A model generated the notes under the pieces. It worked only from the letters and a program-made list of their open reading frames with translations. It was not told the DNA's origin and searched no databases. From Nitrosospira multiformis ATCC 25196 (GTDB taxonomy: Bacteria; Pseudomonadota; Gammaproteobacteria; Burkholderiales; Nitrosomonadaceae), in assembly GCF_000196355.1 (NCBI RefSeq), contig NC_007614.1, positions 2,520,001 to 2,552,000 of the forward strand: DNA of 32,000 nucleotides. Direction: 5' to 3'. Shown piece by piece: positions 18,246-28,979 of the stretch (position 1 is its first letter; each line of letters starts with the position of its first letter). The position numbers were made by a program, and so were the translations under genes.

Positions 18246-18856
18246 GATTCAAACAATGTCCTGTTCTTGCGAAATAAATCTTCTATATCGGTGGCGTCCG
18301 TCAATGCATCGAATATCACCCTGATATTTCCGGCGGGATCGATCAGAAACGCAGTAGTGCTATGATCCACCTGATAATTCTGCATGTTCCCGGCATTTTT
18401 CGTATAGAAGGCGGTTTCCACACTGAAAGCGGCCTTGAAGCGCTCCAGTTCCCCACCCTCGAGCCGCAAATAACCAAGGTCGGTTCCGAAGGCCTTGATG
18501 TACTGTGACAGCGTTGCGTCGGTGTCCCGGTCCGGATCTATTGTTACAAAGAGTCCACTGAGCCTGATCCGTTCGGCGGCGCCAGCTTTGACCAGCATGG
18601 AGAGATTGGCGAGCGACGCCGGACAGACATCCTTGCAGTGGGCAAACCCGAAAACGATCAATTGCCACCTCCCGGGATCTTTGCCCGCATGGACCTGATT
18701 CAACCGGACGGCAGCCTCGGGAAGCAAGGGTATCGGGCGGCGCAGGAGAACTGTAGTCGCCTCGCTTCCGGCACTCGCTGCCAGAAGCAAGATTGCCAGC
18801 ATGGCGCTGAAGTATTTCCGGTATATTCCCGAGCGGATTTTGCTGATGTTTTTCAT
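18242..18856 (-). CDS. SCO1/SenC-family thioredoxin-fold copper chaperone, exported
   Basis: FGFAHCKDVCPASL (CxxxC), a conserved DPxRD (IDPDRD) and a downstream VDHSTTAFLIDPAG with the His ligand. I place the start at ATG 18856; the track's 18862 is a TTG two codons upstream. Confidence 0.85.
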   Translation of the reverse strand: MKNISKIRSGIYRKYFSAMLAILLLAASAGSEATTVLLRRPIPLLPEAAVRLNQVHAGKDPGRWQLIVFGFAHCKDVCPASLANLSMLVKAGAAERIRLSGLFVTIDPDRDTDATLSQYIKAFGTDLGYLRLEGGELERFKAAFSVETAFYTKNAGNMQNYQVDHSTTAFLIDPAGNIRVIFDALTDATDIEDLFRKNRTLFES

Positions 18857-18967
18857 AGTCAAGTCAATGGATTCTTGGTTGGCTTCCGAACAGGGTCCAC
18901 CCTGTTCAATTTCCGGGAAGATCCCCGAAGGAGAAGATGGGCCGGAATACGAAATAAAGGACTGCGG
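18794..18967. repeat. Copy A of a ~175-bp duplicated module: ~110 nt leader plus the first ~21 codons of the SCO1-like gene
   Basis: Aligned by eye to 20232-20411 at roughly 80-85% identity, with divergence concentrated in a ~30-nt central patch. Copy A alone contains a perfect hairpin, GAACAGGG-tcca-CCCTGTTC, at 18888-18907. Confidence 0.8.
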
Positions 18968-19019
18968 TAAATGTCGTTATTCAGCCCATTAGCGGACATG
19001 CATGACGGTGAAGTTGAAT

Positions 19020-20294
19020 TCACATTTGCAGCTGGAATGCCAGTTTAAAAACATCGACCTTGTCACCTGTTACATCCGGCGCATAGTTGATGCCTTTGGT
19101 GCGAAGATCACCGTGCTGGTAGTACGCTGAAATACGGGCGTTGAAGCCGCTGATGACATAATTCACCCCAGCCTCGATTTCTTCCCGTTTGCTGCTGTTG
19201 TCAGGCTGAACTCTGGTAAATCTCCCATAAGGCTGAAATTGCCCGATCCCTACCTTGACGGGAAGCAGGTAGAGCCCGGTGACACCCCATGATTTTCCGT
19301 CGAATATGCAGAAGCAGTCCGGATCGGCAAAGGCCAGCGGCGAGTAATTGGCATAGAATTGCTTGTAATCACCGTTGACGGTAACTACACCCATATTTTT
19401 TGGCAGGACCTTTTCAAACAGGACATCGCCGACGAGACCCAGGAAATCGCTGGGATGCGCAAACGATCCGGCACCATCCTTTTGATATGAAGTACCGGCC
19501 GCGAGCGCCAGAATGTCGCCAGCCTGGCCGAAGTAGGTATTACGGGTGTAATAACCCGGATTCGGCTCGGGGTTCAGGAAATTGTAGGTAAGACGCCCGG
19601 CCCATGCCACACTATCCCCCTGATTGGGTCCCATGCGCGCTGCCGTGGATGACTGCAAGCCCCTGTACACGCCGAGCGCGTAGCCCAAGGTGCCTTTGAT
19701 GAAGCCGGGCTCGACGCTCCCCCAGAAGGTCCCACCGTCATCATGTCCATACCGGCCTGCGCCGAGGCTGCCGAATTTAGTACTGAATCCTTGGGGGAAG
19801 AACGGCGTTTTGATGGCATCGTGTGTCGCGTGATAAAAAGGGGCACTCAATTCGCCCCGCTCCGTGGGCACCAGCATGCGCCCACCCCAGAAATTGACAA
19901 AGCGGTTGATCTCGACCTTTCCGATTGCGGCCAGAACGTTGTAGGACATCCTGGGGGTATCCTCGGGATGGGTGTTATTGCAGAAAGTACATTCGGTGTA
20001 GCTTTCGAATTTGACATACTTGTGGATCTGTCCGTTGAGATAGACACGGGCATTGTCGATGCTGAAACCGCTCTGGAAATTACCGGTATCCCTGTTTTCG
20101 ACCCATACGCCCGAACCACGGAAACCGATGCCGAGAGTAAACCACTTGGTGTCATCGATAACCCACTTGGGACCATCCGCAATATGACCATTCATCGCGA
20201 ATGCCTCGGGCAGCAAAAACAGAAAACTTAATGCCAGCATAGTGCTGAAGTATTTCCGGTATATCCCCGAGCGGATTTTGCTGATGTATTTCAT
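19020..20294 (-). CDS. Putative outer-membrane beta-barrel porin-like protein
   Basis: 424 aa with a signal peptide ending PEAFA. It is rich in Gly/Tyr/Asn alternating amphipathic stretches, with a C-terminal beta-strand (VDVFKLAFQLQM). The family was not identified. Confidence 0.55.
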   Translation of the reverse strand: MKYISKIRSGIYRKYFSTMLALSFLFLLPEAFAMNGHIADGPKWVIDDTKWFTLGIGFRGSGVWVENRDTGNFQSGFSIDNARVYLNGQIHKYVKFESYTECTFCNNTHPEDTPRMSYNVLAAIGKVEINRFVNFWGGRMLVPTERGELSAPFYHATHDAIKTPFFPQGFSTKFGSLGAGRYGHDDGGTFWGSVEPGFIKGTLGYALGVYRGLQSSTAARMGPNQGDSVAWAGRLTYNFLNPEPNPGYYTRNTYFGQAGDILALAAGTSYQKDGAGSFAHPSDFLGLVGDVLFEKVLPKNMGVVTVNGDYKQFYANYSPLAFADPDCFCIFDGKSWGVTGLYLLPVKVGIGQFQPYGRFTRVQPDNSSKREEIEAGVNYVISGFNARISAYYQHGDLRTKGINYAPDVTGDKVDVFKLAFQLQM

Positions 20295-20411
20295 AGTCGA
20301 GTCAATGAATTCTTCTGGGTGATTTCCGGAAGCGGCCCACCCTGTTCAATCTCCGGAAAGAATCCCGAAGGAGAAGATGGGCCGGAATGCGAAGGTATAA
20401 AGGAAAGGCGG
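20232..20411. repeat. Copy B of the duplicated leader plus 5'-coding module, at the porin-like gene
   Basis: See copy A. The encoded N-termini are MKYISKIRSGIYRKYFSTMLA (B) and MKNISKIRSGIYRKYFSAMLA (A). Copy B ends 12 nt from the stop of the upstream beta-propeller gene. Confidence 0.8.
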
Positions 20412-20422
20412 AATTGCCGGGA

Positions 20423-21928
20423 TCAGCGCAGCCCGCCTGCGGCAAATATGCCGTGCGGCTTGACAAGACCGTCACGTGGCCCCCATACCTTGGTGACGGT
20501 ATCCGTTTCCGTATCGATCTTCAGCACATATCCGGAAACCCAGCTTGCCACCAGCAAATAGCGATTATCCGGGGTTGGACTGATGGTATGCGCCACGGAG
20601 TATCCACTCGGGAGTTCGTAACCGGGCCGCAGCCTCTTGATGAACTGGGGGTTTTTACGATCGGTCAGGTCGAATACCGAGATGTAGCCGTCATTGCCGA
20701 ATGTAAAATCGAGAGTATCTTCCTCCGCGATGTAGAGTTTGCCATTCACCACGGCAATGTCGGATGCAGAACGGAGAACCCCTCGCTTACCGACTTGATT
20801 GGTAGGCCAGAGTATCTGTTTCGCGGTTCCTTCGTGGGTATCAAGCAGCCATACGCTGGGTGGAATGATGTAACTCGTGGTCGAGGGCGTCAGGGAGGTT
20901 TTGTCGAATTGCATCGTTGCGGTAACGGCATACCGCTCGTCCAGCCAGTATACGAAATGGGTAAAAGCCGCATGCATCGTCTCGTTGCCCAGCATGATCT
21001 GGCCGACAGCCTGCAATTCGCCTGTTTCCCTGTTCGGCTTGTATACATCGATTACACTGTTATCGAAAAAGTAACCTGTGCCAAGACCAATGGTGCCCGA
21101 TTTATTGAAGTTAACCCCATGGGTTTGCTCAGTGTAACCAGGGATGACAATCGGATCAAAACTCACAAACTGGTTGGTTTTGTGGTTGATGACCCGCACC
21201 CTGTCCGATGTAAATTCCGTAAAGTAGAGAAAATCGGAGTACGGCAACAGGGTCGGACCGTGAATCTGCGTTCCCCTGCCTATGAGCCAGTTGGGAACGG
21301 CCTGGACCTGGTTGACCGGCTTGACAAACGGTAATTCCGAAGGCCTGTTGGGAGAGTCTGCTGCAAGTACTGCCTCGACCGTCAGTGAGGCGTAGCGGGT
21401 ATCCCAGTTGATTTCGTTCACACCCAGGGCGATGATGTAGGAAGGGTGATCCGGCGTATTGTCGGAGGTGATATAAATCTTTTTCCCCTCGGGCATTACC
21501 ACCGTGTGCTGCAGGGGAACATTTCCAGGCCAGCCAGGAAGCGTGGTGGGATCCAGGATGATCAACTTGTCGTTTTCATAGTTGAAGAGATAGACCATCC
21601 CGTTGTGGTAGTCGATCGCCGTCGCGATGGGCTGGATATGCTCGTTATAAACATTCGGATATTGGTCGAGTGGAAGGGACTGAGGAGGTACTTGCCCCTT
21701 GTTCGCGTAATTATCATCGCCCGCATACACCTTGCCATCCGCGTCACGCAGGCTGTCGATTCTCGTGCGTATCTTGCCGGCGTTTGCCGTCGGAGCAGCG
21801 GTGCTTGATGAAGTGTTTTCTTTTAAGAAGGAGGGATTATCTGCGGCATGAATTGCACTTGCAGATAGTGTCAGCATGTATAAGCCCGCCTGTAAGAACA
21901 GACGGGAATTCTTCTTGATTAAAGTCAT
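20423..21928 (-). CDS. Exported beta-propeller protein (YVTN/NosZ-N-terminal-like guess), possible copper enzyme
   Basis: I chose ATG 21928 (MTLIKKNSRLFLQAGLYMLTLSASAIHA/AD signal peptide, AAGGGGA upstream) over the track's 22063. Repeated blade-like segments: KIYITSDN, FLYFTEFTSDRVRVIN, KLYIAEED, GYISVFDL, RYLLVASWVSGYVLKID. His residues recur near blade starts. Confidence 0.7.
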   Translation of the reverse strand: MTLIKKNSRLFLQAGLYMLTLSASAIHAADNPSFLKENTSSSTAAPTANAGKIRTRIDSLRDADGKVYAGDDNYANKGQVPPQSLPLDQYPNVYNEHIQPIATAIDYHNGMVYLFNYENDKLIILDPTTLPGWPGNVPLQHTVVMPEGKKIYITSDNTPDHPSYIIALGVNEINWDTRYASLTVEAVLAADSPNRPSELPFVKPVNQVQAVPNWLIGRGTQIHGPTLLPYSDFLYFTEFTSDRVRVINHKTNQFVSFDPIVIPGYTEQTHGVNFNKSGTIGLGTGYFFDNSVIDVYKPNRETGELQAVGQIMLGNETMHAAFTHFVYWLDERYAVTATMQFDKTSLTPSTTSYIIPPSVWLLDTHEGTAKQILWPTNQVGKRGVLRSASDIAVVNGKLYIAEEDTLDFTFGNDGYISVFDLTDRKNPQFIKRLRPGYELPSGYSVAHTISPTPDNRYLLVASWVSGYVLKIDTETDTVTKVWGPRDGLVKPHGIFAAGGLR

Positions 21929-22608
21929 TTCAGATTCCCCTTGTATGCTTTGAATGAATAAATCCAACGCACTGGAAGAAATTTCCATCAGGGAGCCGGG
22001 ATGCCAAAAACAGCTTCTTTCGGTTTGATACCGATCACTGACAGAATGAGGTATTTCCACCAAGCTTCTTTTTCTTGGATTATGAAAGCGCAGTGCCCGA
22101 GTCCCTCGTCACCAGGAAGCGACTTCGATACAACTACGGTCCGAAAGGTTAGCACCGCCGCGCTGGATTCAAACCGGGGAATAAGAAGGGGAAGATCCCG
22201 CTAATTGCTGGGTATGAGCTTGTATGAAGCGATGAAGAGGTGTATTGCTGTCCGGAATAAAATGAGGAGCAATCTCGAGAACTTCATGGGCAAAAGACAG
22301 CCCGTTTTGCGAGGACAGAATCTTCTGGGAAAAACCTTGATCGTCATTTCCGCAAAAGCGGAAATCCATTGGTTTGTCATTACATTAAAAAGATCTGAAG
22401 ACACACTTTTGCGGGGATGACGACACCTTGATGAATCCGGTGCAGAATTCATCACGCCGGTGTTCCCGCATATGCAAATGGTTTTATGAGAACTGCCCGA
22501 TTTGGGAAACCGGACAGGAACGCTGTCTATTGCAGCACAGGGGAAAGGATATCAGTCAATGCGGGAAGCCACACTGACTCTGTGGCTTATATGCGCTCGA
22601 ACATGCAC

Positions 22609-23715
22609 TCATTCCGCAAAAAATTCCCGGACCTTGTCCATCCAGGATTTTGCGCGCGGGCTGTGGCGAGAACCGTCTTCCTGATTGATGGCTTCCAGCT
22701 CCTGCAACAGTTCTTTCTGTCGAGGGGTAAGCTTGACTGGCGTCTCCACCACGACATGACACAAGAGGTCGCCCGGATTATTGCTGCGCACACCCTTGAT
22801 ACCTTTGCCGCGCAACCGGAAGATTTTTCCGCTTTGTGTTTCCGCCGGTATCCGGATTTTTGCATGCCCTTCCAGCGTGGGAATTTCGATCTCACCCCCC
22901 AGCGCTGCGGTCGTGAAACTGACGGGCATTTCGCAGTGCAGATCGTTGTGGTCGCGTTGGAAGACCGAATGAGGCGTCAGGTGAATGACAACATACAAAT
23001 CTCCCGGAGGGCCGCTGTTGACACCCGCTTCGCCTTCTCCCGACAAGCGGATGCGATCGCCTTCATCCACACCCGCGGGAATTTTTACGGATAACGTTTT
23101 ATGGTGTTTGACACGACCGGAACCGCCACAAGTATTGCAGGGGCTGGAAATGAATTTGCCGCTGCCATGACACTTGGGGCACGTCTGCTGGATCGAGAAG
23201 AATCCCTGTTGCATCCTCACCTGTCCATGGCCATTGCAGGTAGGACAAGTGGTGGGTGAGGTGCCAGGTTTTGCGCCGCTGCCATGGCAGGTGCCACAGG
23301 CATCCATGGTAGGAATGCGAATCTTCGTTTCGGTTCCGCGCGCCGCCTGTTCCAGTGAAATTTCCAGGTTATAGCGCAAATCCGCTCCGCGGTAGACATT
23401 GGCTTGGGCGCTACGTCCTCCGAAAAGATCACCGAATATATCGCCGAATGCGTCAGCGAATCCCTGGGCGCCACCGCCGCCCATGCTGGCATCCACTCCG
23501 GCATGGCCATGCTGGTCATACGCTGCCCGCTTCCGGGGGTCCGAAAGGACCTCGTAGGCCTCTTTTGCCTCCTTGAAGTGTTCCTCTGCTTTCGGGCTAT
23601 CCGGATTGCGATCCGGATGATATTTCATCGCCAGCCTGCGATATGCCTTTTTTATTTCATCCTCGCTGCTGTCGCGATTAATGCCCAGCACTTCGTAGTA
23701 GTCGCGTTTGCTCAT
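22609..23715 (-). CDS. dnaJ: Chaperone DnaJ (Hsp40)
   Basis: J-domain [33 protein letters not shown], a G/F region and four CxxCxGxG zinc repeats. Start at ATG 23715; the track's longer 23829 start adds a non-J-domain extension. Confidence 0.97.
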   Translation of the reverse strand: MSKRDYYEVLGINRDSSEDEIKKAYRRLAMKYHPDRNPDSPKAEEHFKEAKEAYEVLSDPRKRAAYDQHGHAGVDASMGGGGAQGFADAFGDIFGDLFGGRSAQANVYRGADLRYNLEISLEQAARGTETKIRIPTMDACGTCHGSGAKPGTSPTTCPTCNGHGQVRMQQGFFSIQQTCPKCHGSGKFISSPCNTCGGSGRVKHHKTLSVKIPAGVDEGDRIRLSGEGEAGVNSGPPGDLYVVIHLTPHSVFQRDHNDLHCEMPVSFTTAALGGEIEIPTLEGHAKIRIPAETQSGKIFRLRGKGIKGVRSNNPGDLLCHVVVETPVKLTPRQKELLQELEAINQEDGSRHSPRAKSWMDKVREFFAE

Positions 23716-23799
23716 ATAGTTTTCTTGAAAATTCGGCCGCACGGAGAGTAGCGCACCAGCTTGAGCCAGCCTCCTCTCCGGGACGCCAAAACGCAGGAT

Positions 23800-23827
23800 G
23801 CGGAAAGGAATGAGGCGCCTTTTCCGC
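23800..23827 (-). terminator. dnaK-dnaJ intercistronic hairpin (attenuator or partial terminator)
   Basis: GCGGAAAGG (23800-23808) pairs with CCTTTTCCGC (23818-23827) with one bulge and a 9-nt loop. On the coding strand it is followed by ...GCGTTTTGG. Confidence 0.4.
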
Positions 23828-23886
23828 ACCGCTGCGCTTAGAATGTCTTGATGCTTTTTTGACTGCTGCTTTTGCTGCTTGCAGAT

Positions 23887-25821
23887 TTACTTCTTGTTTT
23901 TTACTTCCTCGAACTCCGCATCGACAACTTCTCCTTCGACAGGTTTTTCAGTCCCGCCGCTCTGGCCGGAAGGTTCCTCACCGGGACCGGCCTGTGGACC
24001 CTGCCCCTGTGAATACATCTTTTCCGCCAATTTATGCGAAGCCTCGGCCAATGCCTGGGTTTTGGCCTCGATGGTTTCCTTGTCGCCGGACTTCAACGCA
24101 TCTTCCGCCTCTTTCAGTGCCGACTCTATCTTCGATTTTTCCTCATCGGCCAGTTTATCCCCATGCTCCTTCATGGTTTTCTGCACAGAGTGGATCATCG
24201 CATCGCACTGGTTGCGCGCCGTGACCAGTTCCATCGCCTTATGGTCTTCCTCGGCATGGGCTTCGGCATCCTTGACCATGCGCTGCACTTCCTCTTCCGA
24301 CAGACCGGAACTTGCCTGAATCTTGATCTTGCTTTCCTTGCCTGTCGCCTTGTCTTTGGCCGACACATGCAGTATGCCATTCGAGTCGATATCGAATGTC
24401 ACCTCGATTTGCGGCATGCCGCGCGGAGCCGGCGGGATATCGGCCAGGTTGAACTGGCCCAGGCTCTTGTTGCCGGATGCCATCTCGCGTTCGCCTTGCA
24501 GCACGTGAATGGTTACGGCAGTCTGATTGTCATCCGCGGTGGAAAATACCTGATTCGCCTTTGTCGGAATAGTCGTGTTCTTCTGGATCAGCTTGGTCAT
24601 CACGCCGCCCAGCGTTTCGATACCGAGCGACAACGGCGTCACATCCAGCAGCAGCACATCCTTCACCGCGCCCTGCAGCACGCCGCCCTGGATCGCCGCG
24701 CCCACGGCCACTGCCTCGTCAGGGTTCACATCCTTGCGGGGCTCCTTGGCGAAAATTTCCTTGACCTTTTCCTGTACCTTGGGCATGCGGGTCTGCCCCC
24801 CCACCAGGATAACGTCGTCGATATCGGAAATCTTTATACCCGCATCCTTGATGGCGATACGGCAAGGCTCCACCGTGCGCGTGATCAAATCTTCCACCAG
24901 GCTTTCCAGCTTGGCGCGGGTGATTCTTACCGCGAGATGCTTCGGGCCGCTGGCATCCGCCGTGATGTACGGCAGATTGACCTCGGTTTGCTGGCTGGAA
25001 GAGAGTTCGATCTTGGCTTTTTCCGCGGAATCCTTTAACCGCTGCAAAGCAAGCATATCCTTCTTGAGATCGATACCGTTTTCCTTTTTGAACTCATCCA
25101 CCAGATACTCGATGATGCGGGCGTCGAAATCCTCGCCGCCCAGGAAGGTGTCGCCATTGGTCGCCAGCACTTCAAACTGATGCTCGCCTTCGACTTCTGC
25201 AATTTCGATAATGGAAATATCGAATGTTCCGCCGCCCAGATCGTACACGGCGATCTTGCGGTCCCCTTCCTTTTTATCCATTCCGAAAGCAAGCGCGGCT
25301 GCGGTCGGCTCGTTGATGATACGCTTGACTTCGAGTCCGGCGATGCGGCCTGCGTCTTTTGTGGCCTGCCGCTGGGAATCGTTGAAATAAGCCGGTACGG
25401 TAATGACGGCTTCGGTCACGGGCTCACCCAGATAATCCTCCGCCGTCTTTTTCATCTTCATGAGCACTTGTGCCGACACTTCGGGGGGCGCGACTTTCTT
25501 GCCGCGCACCTCAATCCATGCATCGTTGTTGTCGGCTTTGATGATGGTGTAAGGCACCATCTTGATGTCCCTTTGCACCATCTCCTCGTTAAAGCGCCGC
25601 CCGATCAGACGTTTCACCGCGAACAAGGTATTTTTCGGATTGGTGACGGCCTGTCGCTTGGCAGAGGCGCCCACCAGAATCTCGCCATCTTCCGTATAGG
25701 CGACGATGGAAGGCGTGGTGCGCGCCCCCTCGGAGTTTTCTATCACCTTGGGCTTGCCGCTTTCCATGACGGCAACACATGAGTTAGTGGTCCCCAGGTC
25801 GATTCCGATAATTTTTCCCAT
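23887..25821 (-). CDS. dnaK: Chaperone DnaK (Hsp70)
   Basis: [28 protein letters not shown] and [13 protein letters not shown] are canonical Hsp70 signatures. 644 aa. Confidence 0.99.
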   Translation of the reverse strand: MGKIIGIDLGTTNSCVAVMESGKPKVIENSEGARTTPSIVAYTEDGEILVGASAKRQAVTNPKNTLFAVKRLIGRRFNEEMVQRDIKMVPYTIIKADNNDAWIEVRGKKVAPPEVSAQVLMKMKKTAEDYLGEPVTEAVITVPAYFNDSQRQATKDAGRIAGLEVKRIINEPTAAALAFGMDKKEGDRKIAVYDLGGGTFDISIIEIAEVEGEHQFEVLATNGDTFLGGEDFDARIIEYLVDEFKKENGIDLKKDMLALQRLKDSAEKAKIELSSSQQTEVNLPYITADASGPKHLAVRITRAKLESLVEDLITRTVEPCRIAIKDAGIKISDIDDVILVGGQTRMPKVQEKVKEIFAKEPRKDVNPDEAVAVGAAIQGGVLQGAVKDVLLLDVTPLSLGIETLGGVMTKLIQKNTTIPTKANQVFSTADDNQTAVTIHVLQGEREMASGNKSLGQFNLADIPPAPRGMPQIEVTFDIDSNGILHVSAKDKATGKESKIKIQASSGLSEEEVQRMVKDAEAHAEEDHKAMELVTARNQCDAMIHSVQKTMKEHGDKLADEEKSKIESALKEAEDALKSGDKETIEAKTQALAEASHKLAEKMYSQGQGPQAGPGEEPSGQSGGTEKPVEGEVVDAEFEEVKNKK

Positions 25822-25881
25822 AATTGATCCTTGTATTAGTTAATTCTCGATATCCGTTGAATAATTCGCTTGTTACCGCTG

Positions 25882-25909
25882 AAGTGGGGATAAAGATCGC
25901 GATTTCAAG
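25882..25909 (-). promoter_or_regulatory. Sigma-32 (heat-shock) promoter for dnaK
   Basis: The minus strand reads CTTGAAA (25909-25903), 13 nt, then CCCCACTT (25889-25882). This is a near-perfect match to CTTGAAA-N13-14-CCCCATnT. The -35 overlaps the grpE stop. Confidence 0.8.
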
Positions 25910-26486
25910 ACTCTTTTCCCTTCGAAACCGAAACCAGCGCCGGCCGGATAACCCGATCATTCAGCACATAGCCTTTCTGCATAACCTGCACGACTGTGTT
26001 GTGCGGAAGCTCGGACTCCACCATGCACATGGCCTGGTGCAAATGCGGATCGAATTTTTCACCCTGGGGACTGAGCTGCTTGATATTGAACTTGGCGAAA
26101 GTCGCAGTGAGCTGCTTGAGCGTCAATTCCATGCCGCTTTTGAAATTCTCGACTGTTGCATTCTCCACCGCCAACGCAGCTTCCAGGCTGTCCATGACCG
26201 AGAGCAGTTCAGTGGAAAAATTTTCAATAGCGTATTTGTGCGCGTTGGTGACGTCCATCTGGGCGCGCTTTCTTATGTTCTCGCCTTCAGCCTTGGCGCG
26301 AAGCCATGCATCATAATGTTCCGCTGCATCGAGTTCGGCTTTTTTCAATAACTGCTCCAGGCTGGGCATGGCTTCGCCCTCCTGCTCGGGCGTCCTGGCC
26401 TTGTTTTCCCCGGTTTCCTGTACACTGCTTTCGCTTGTTACGGTCAGCTCGGGCTGGTCTGGTTGAGGTCGGTTTTCTTCTGTCAT
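25905..26486 (-). CDS. grpE: Nucleotide exchange factor GrpE
   Basis: 193 aa with an acidic N-terminus, a long helix ([15 protein letters not shown]) and a C-terminal beta domain ([16 protein letters not shown]). Confidence 0.95.
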   Translation of the reverse strand: MTEENRPQPDQPELTVTSESSVQETGENKARTPEQEGEAMPSLEQLLKKAELDAAEHYDAWLRAKAEGENIRKRAQMDVTNAHKYAIENFSTELLSVMDSLEAALAVENATVENFKSGMELTLKQLTATFAKFNIKQLSPQGEKFDPHLHQAMCMVESELPHNTVVQVMQKGYVLNDRVIRPALVSVSKGKES

Positions 26487-26515
26487 GGCTTTCTCCTGAT
26501 TTTCTATCCCTAAAC

Positions 26516-26543
26516 ATATCGGGATGGTTTCTCGAATTTCAAG
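26516..26543 (-). promoter_or_regulatory. Sigma-32 (heat-shock) promoter for grpE
   Basis: The minus strand reads CTTGAAA (26543-26537), 13 nt, then CCCGATAT (26523-26516), ~30 nt upstream of the grpE ATG. Confidence 0.75.
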
Positions 26544-26608
26544 CCCAAAATTTTCAGGGCTCCATAATGTGAGGGGACAGCTTGATAGAAAAGGAAAGGA
26601 CGCGAGAA

Positions 26609-28012
<1,404 letters not shown>

Positions 28013-28099
28013 TTAACACAGGTAGGCTTCGGCCCCGTTATGCCATGCAGTGCGGAAAGCCGATATAATGCGCGCTGACCACTCTCTTCAAGATTCGCC

Positions 28100-28708
28100 A
28101 TGAAGCTCATTGGATCTCTTACCAGCCCCTACGTACGCAAGGCACGCATTGTTCTCGCCGAAAAGCACGTTGGTTATACCTTCGAACTGGATGTCCCCTG
28201 GAACGATGATAGCCAGGTACCCGACTACAATCCGCTCGGCAAGGTGCCGGTGCTGATCATGGATGACGGGACGAGCGTGTTCGATTCACGCGTGATCGTC
28301 GAGTATCTCGACAGTGTCAATCCCGTATCGCGCCTGATCCCGGACGGCAATCGGCGGCGCATCGCGGTAAAACGCTGGGAAGCGCTAGCGGACGGTATCT
28401 GTGACGCCGCTGCCGCCATTTTCCTGGAGCGCAAGCGCAGCAAGACGCAGCAAAGCGGACAGTGGATTTCCCGCCAGCAGAAAAAGGTTGAGGGAGGCCT
28501 GGAAGCGGCGGCAAGGGAACTGGGTGACAGAAAATGGTGCGATGGAAATGCTTATTCGCTGGCTGACATCGCACTGGGCTGCGCGCTGGGCTATCTCGCC
28601 TTCCGGTTTCCGGAGATCAAGTGGCGGGAGAATTTTCCCAATCTGGCGGAGCTTTCCGACCGTCTGGAAAAACGGCCCGCGTTCATGGAAACCGCGCCAC
28701 AGGATTGA
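28100..28708 (+). CDS. Glutathione S-transferase family protein
   Basis: 202 aa. The thioredoxin-like N-domain carries SPYVRKARIVL and GKVPVLIMDDGTSVFDSRVIVEYL; a helical C-domain follows. Confidence 0.85.
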   Translation: MKLIGSLTSPYVRKARIVLAEKHVGYTFELDVPWNDDSQVPDYNPLGKVPVLIMDDGTSVFDSRVIVEYLDSVNPVSRLIPDGNRRRIAVKRWEALADGICDAAAAIFLERKRSKTQQSGQWISRQQKKVEGGLEAAARELGDRKWCDGNAYSLADIALGCALGYLAFRFPEIKWRENFPNLAELSDRLEKRPAFMETAPQD

Positions 28709-28726
28709 CAGCAGTATTGCCCTGAT

Positions 28727-28759
28727 GGCCCATATCGGTGGAAAAATGGATATAGGGCC
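28727..28759 (+). terminator. Possible terminator hairpin after the GST gene
   Basis: GGCCCATATC (28727-28736) pairs with GATATAGGGCC (28749-28759): a 10-bp stem with one bulge and a 12-nt loop. The T-rich tail is weak (TGCTAACACTTGTTTTG). Confidence 0.3.
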
Positions 28760-28979
28760 TGCTAACACTTGTTTTGCACTGCAGATTCCACAGCTATATA
28801 GATATAGGCGGTAGTCTGAAGGGGGAAGCGGAAACCACAATCCATTACAGAATTCGATGGATTGCTGCTCCACTCATCCTACCCCTACCACCTCTGCTCC
28901 ATTATCCTGCCTTTATGCAGGCAGATTCCCCAAGTCAGCATGTGTCTCCCTCCACTGGCCGTTTTATCTGCTTTCCCTC

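Noticed and set aside
18937-18957. Tiny + strand ORFs with an AAGGAG upstream, conserved in both repeat copies (MGRNTK at 18937-18957; MGRNAKV at 20377-20400)
   Set aside because: They are only 6-7 codons long, with just 3 nt between the Shine-Dalgarno and the ATG, and on the strand opposite the operon. Their conservation is explained by the repeat itself.
20387-21334. 315-aa + strand ORF
   Set aside because: Entirely antisense to the beta-propeller gene. Its composition (Arg/Gly/Val-rich, no motifs) is typical of shadow ORFs in GC-rich coding DNA.
21929-22063. 45-codon N-terminal extension of the beta-propeller ORF
   Set aside because: The internal ATG 21928 gives a classical signal peptide and has a purine-rich Shine-Dalgarno. 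The extension is not signal-like.
22201-22455. Overlapping small ORFs 22169..22369(-), 22201..22455(-) and 22205..22420(+)
   Set aside because: They are mutually overlapping, lack ribosome-binding sites, and have implausible sequences. The region is treated as non-coding.
22486-23094. 202-aa + strand ORF
   Set aside because: Mostly antisense to dnaJ, with no Shine-Dalgarno and no motifs.
24034-25782. Long + strand ORFs 24034..25038, 24575..25180 and 25180..25782
   Set aside because: All are antisense to dnaK, with low-complexity Arg/His/Leu-rich translations.
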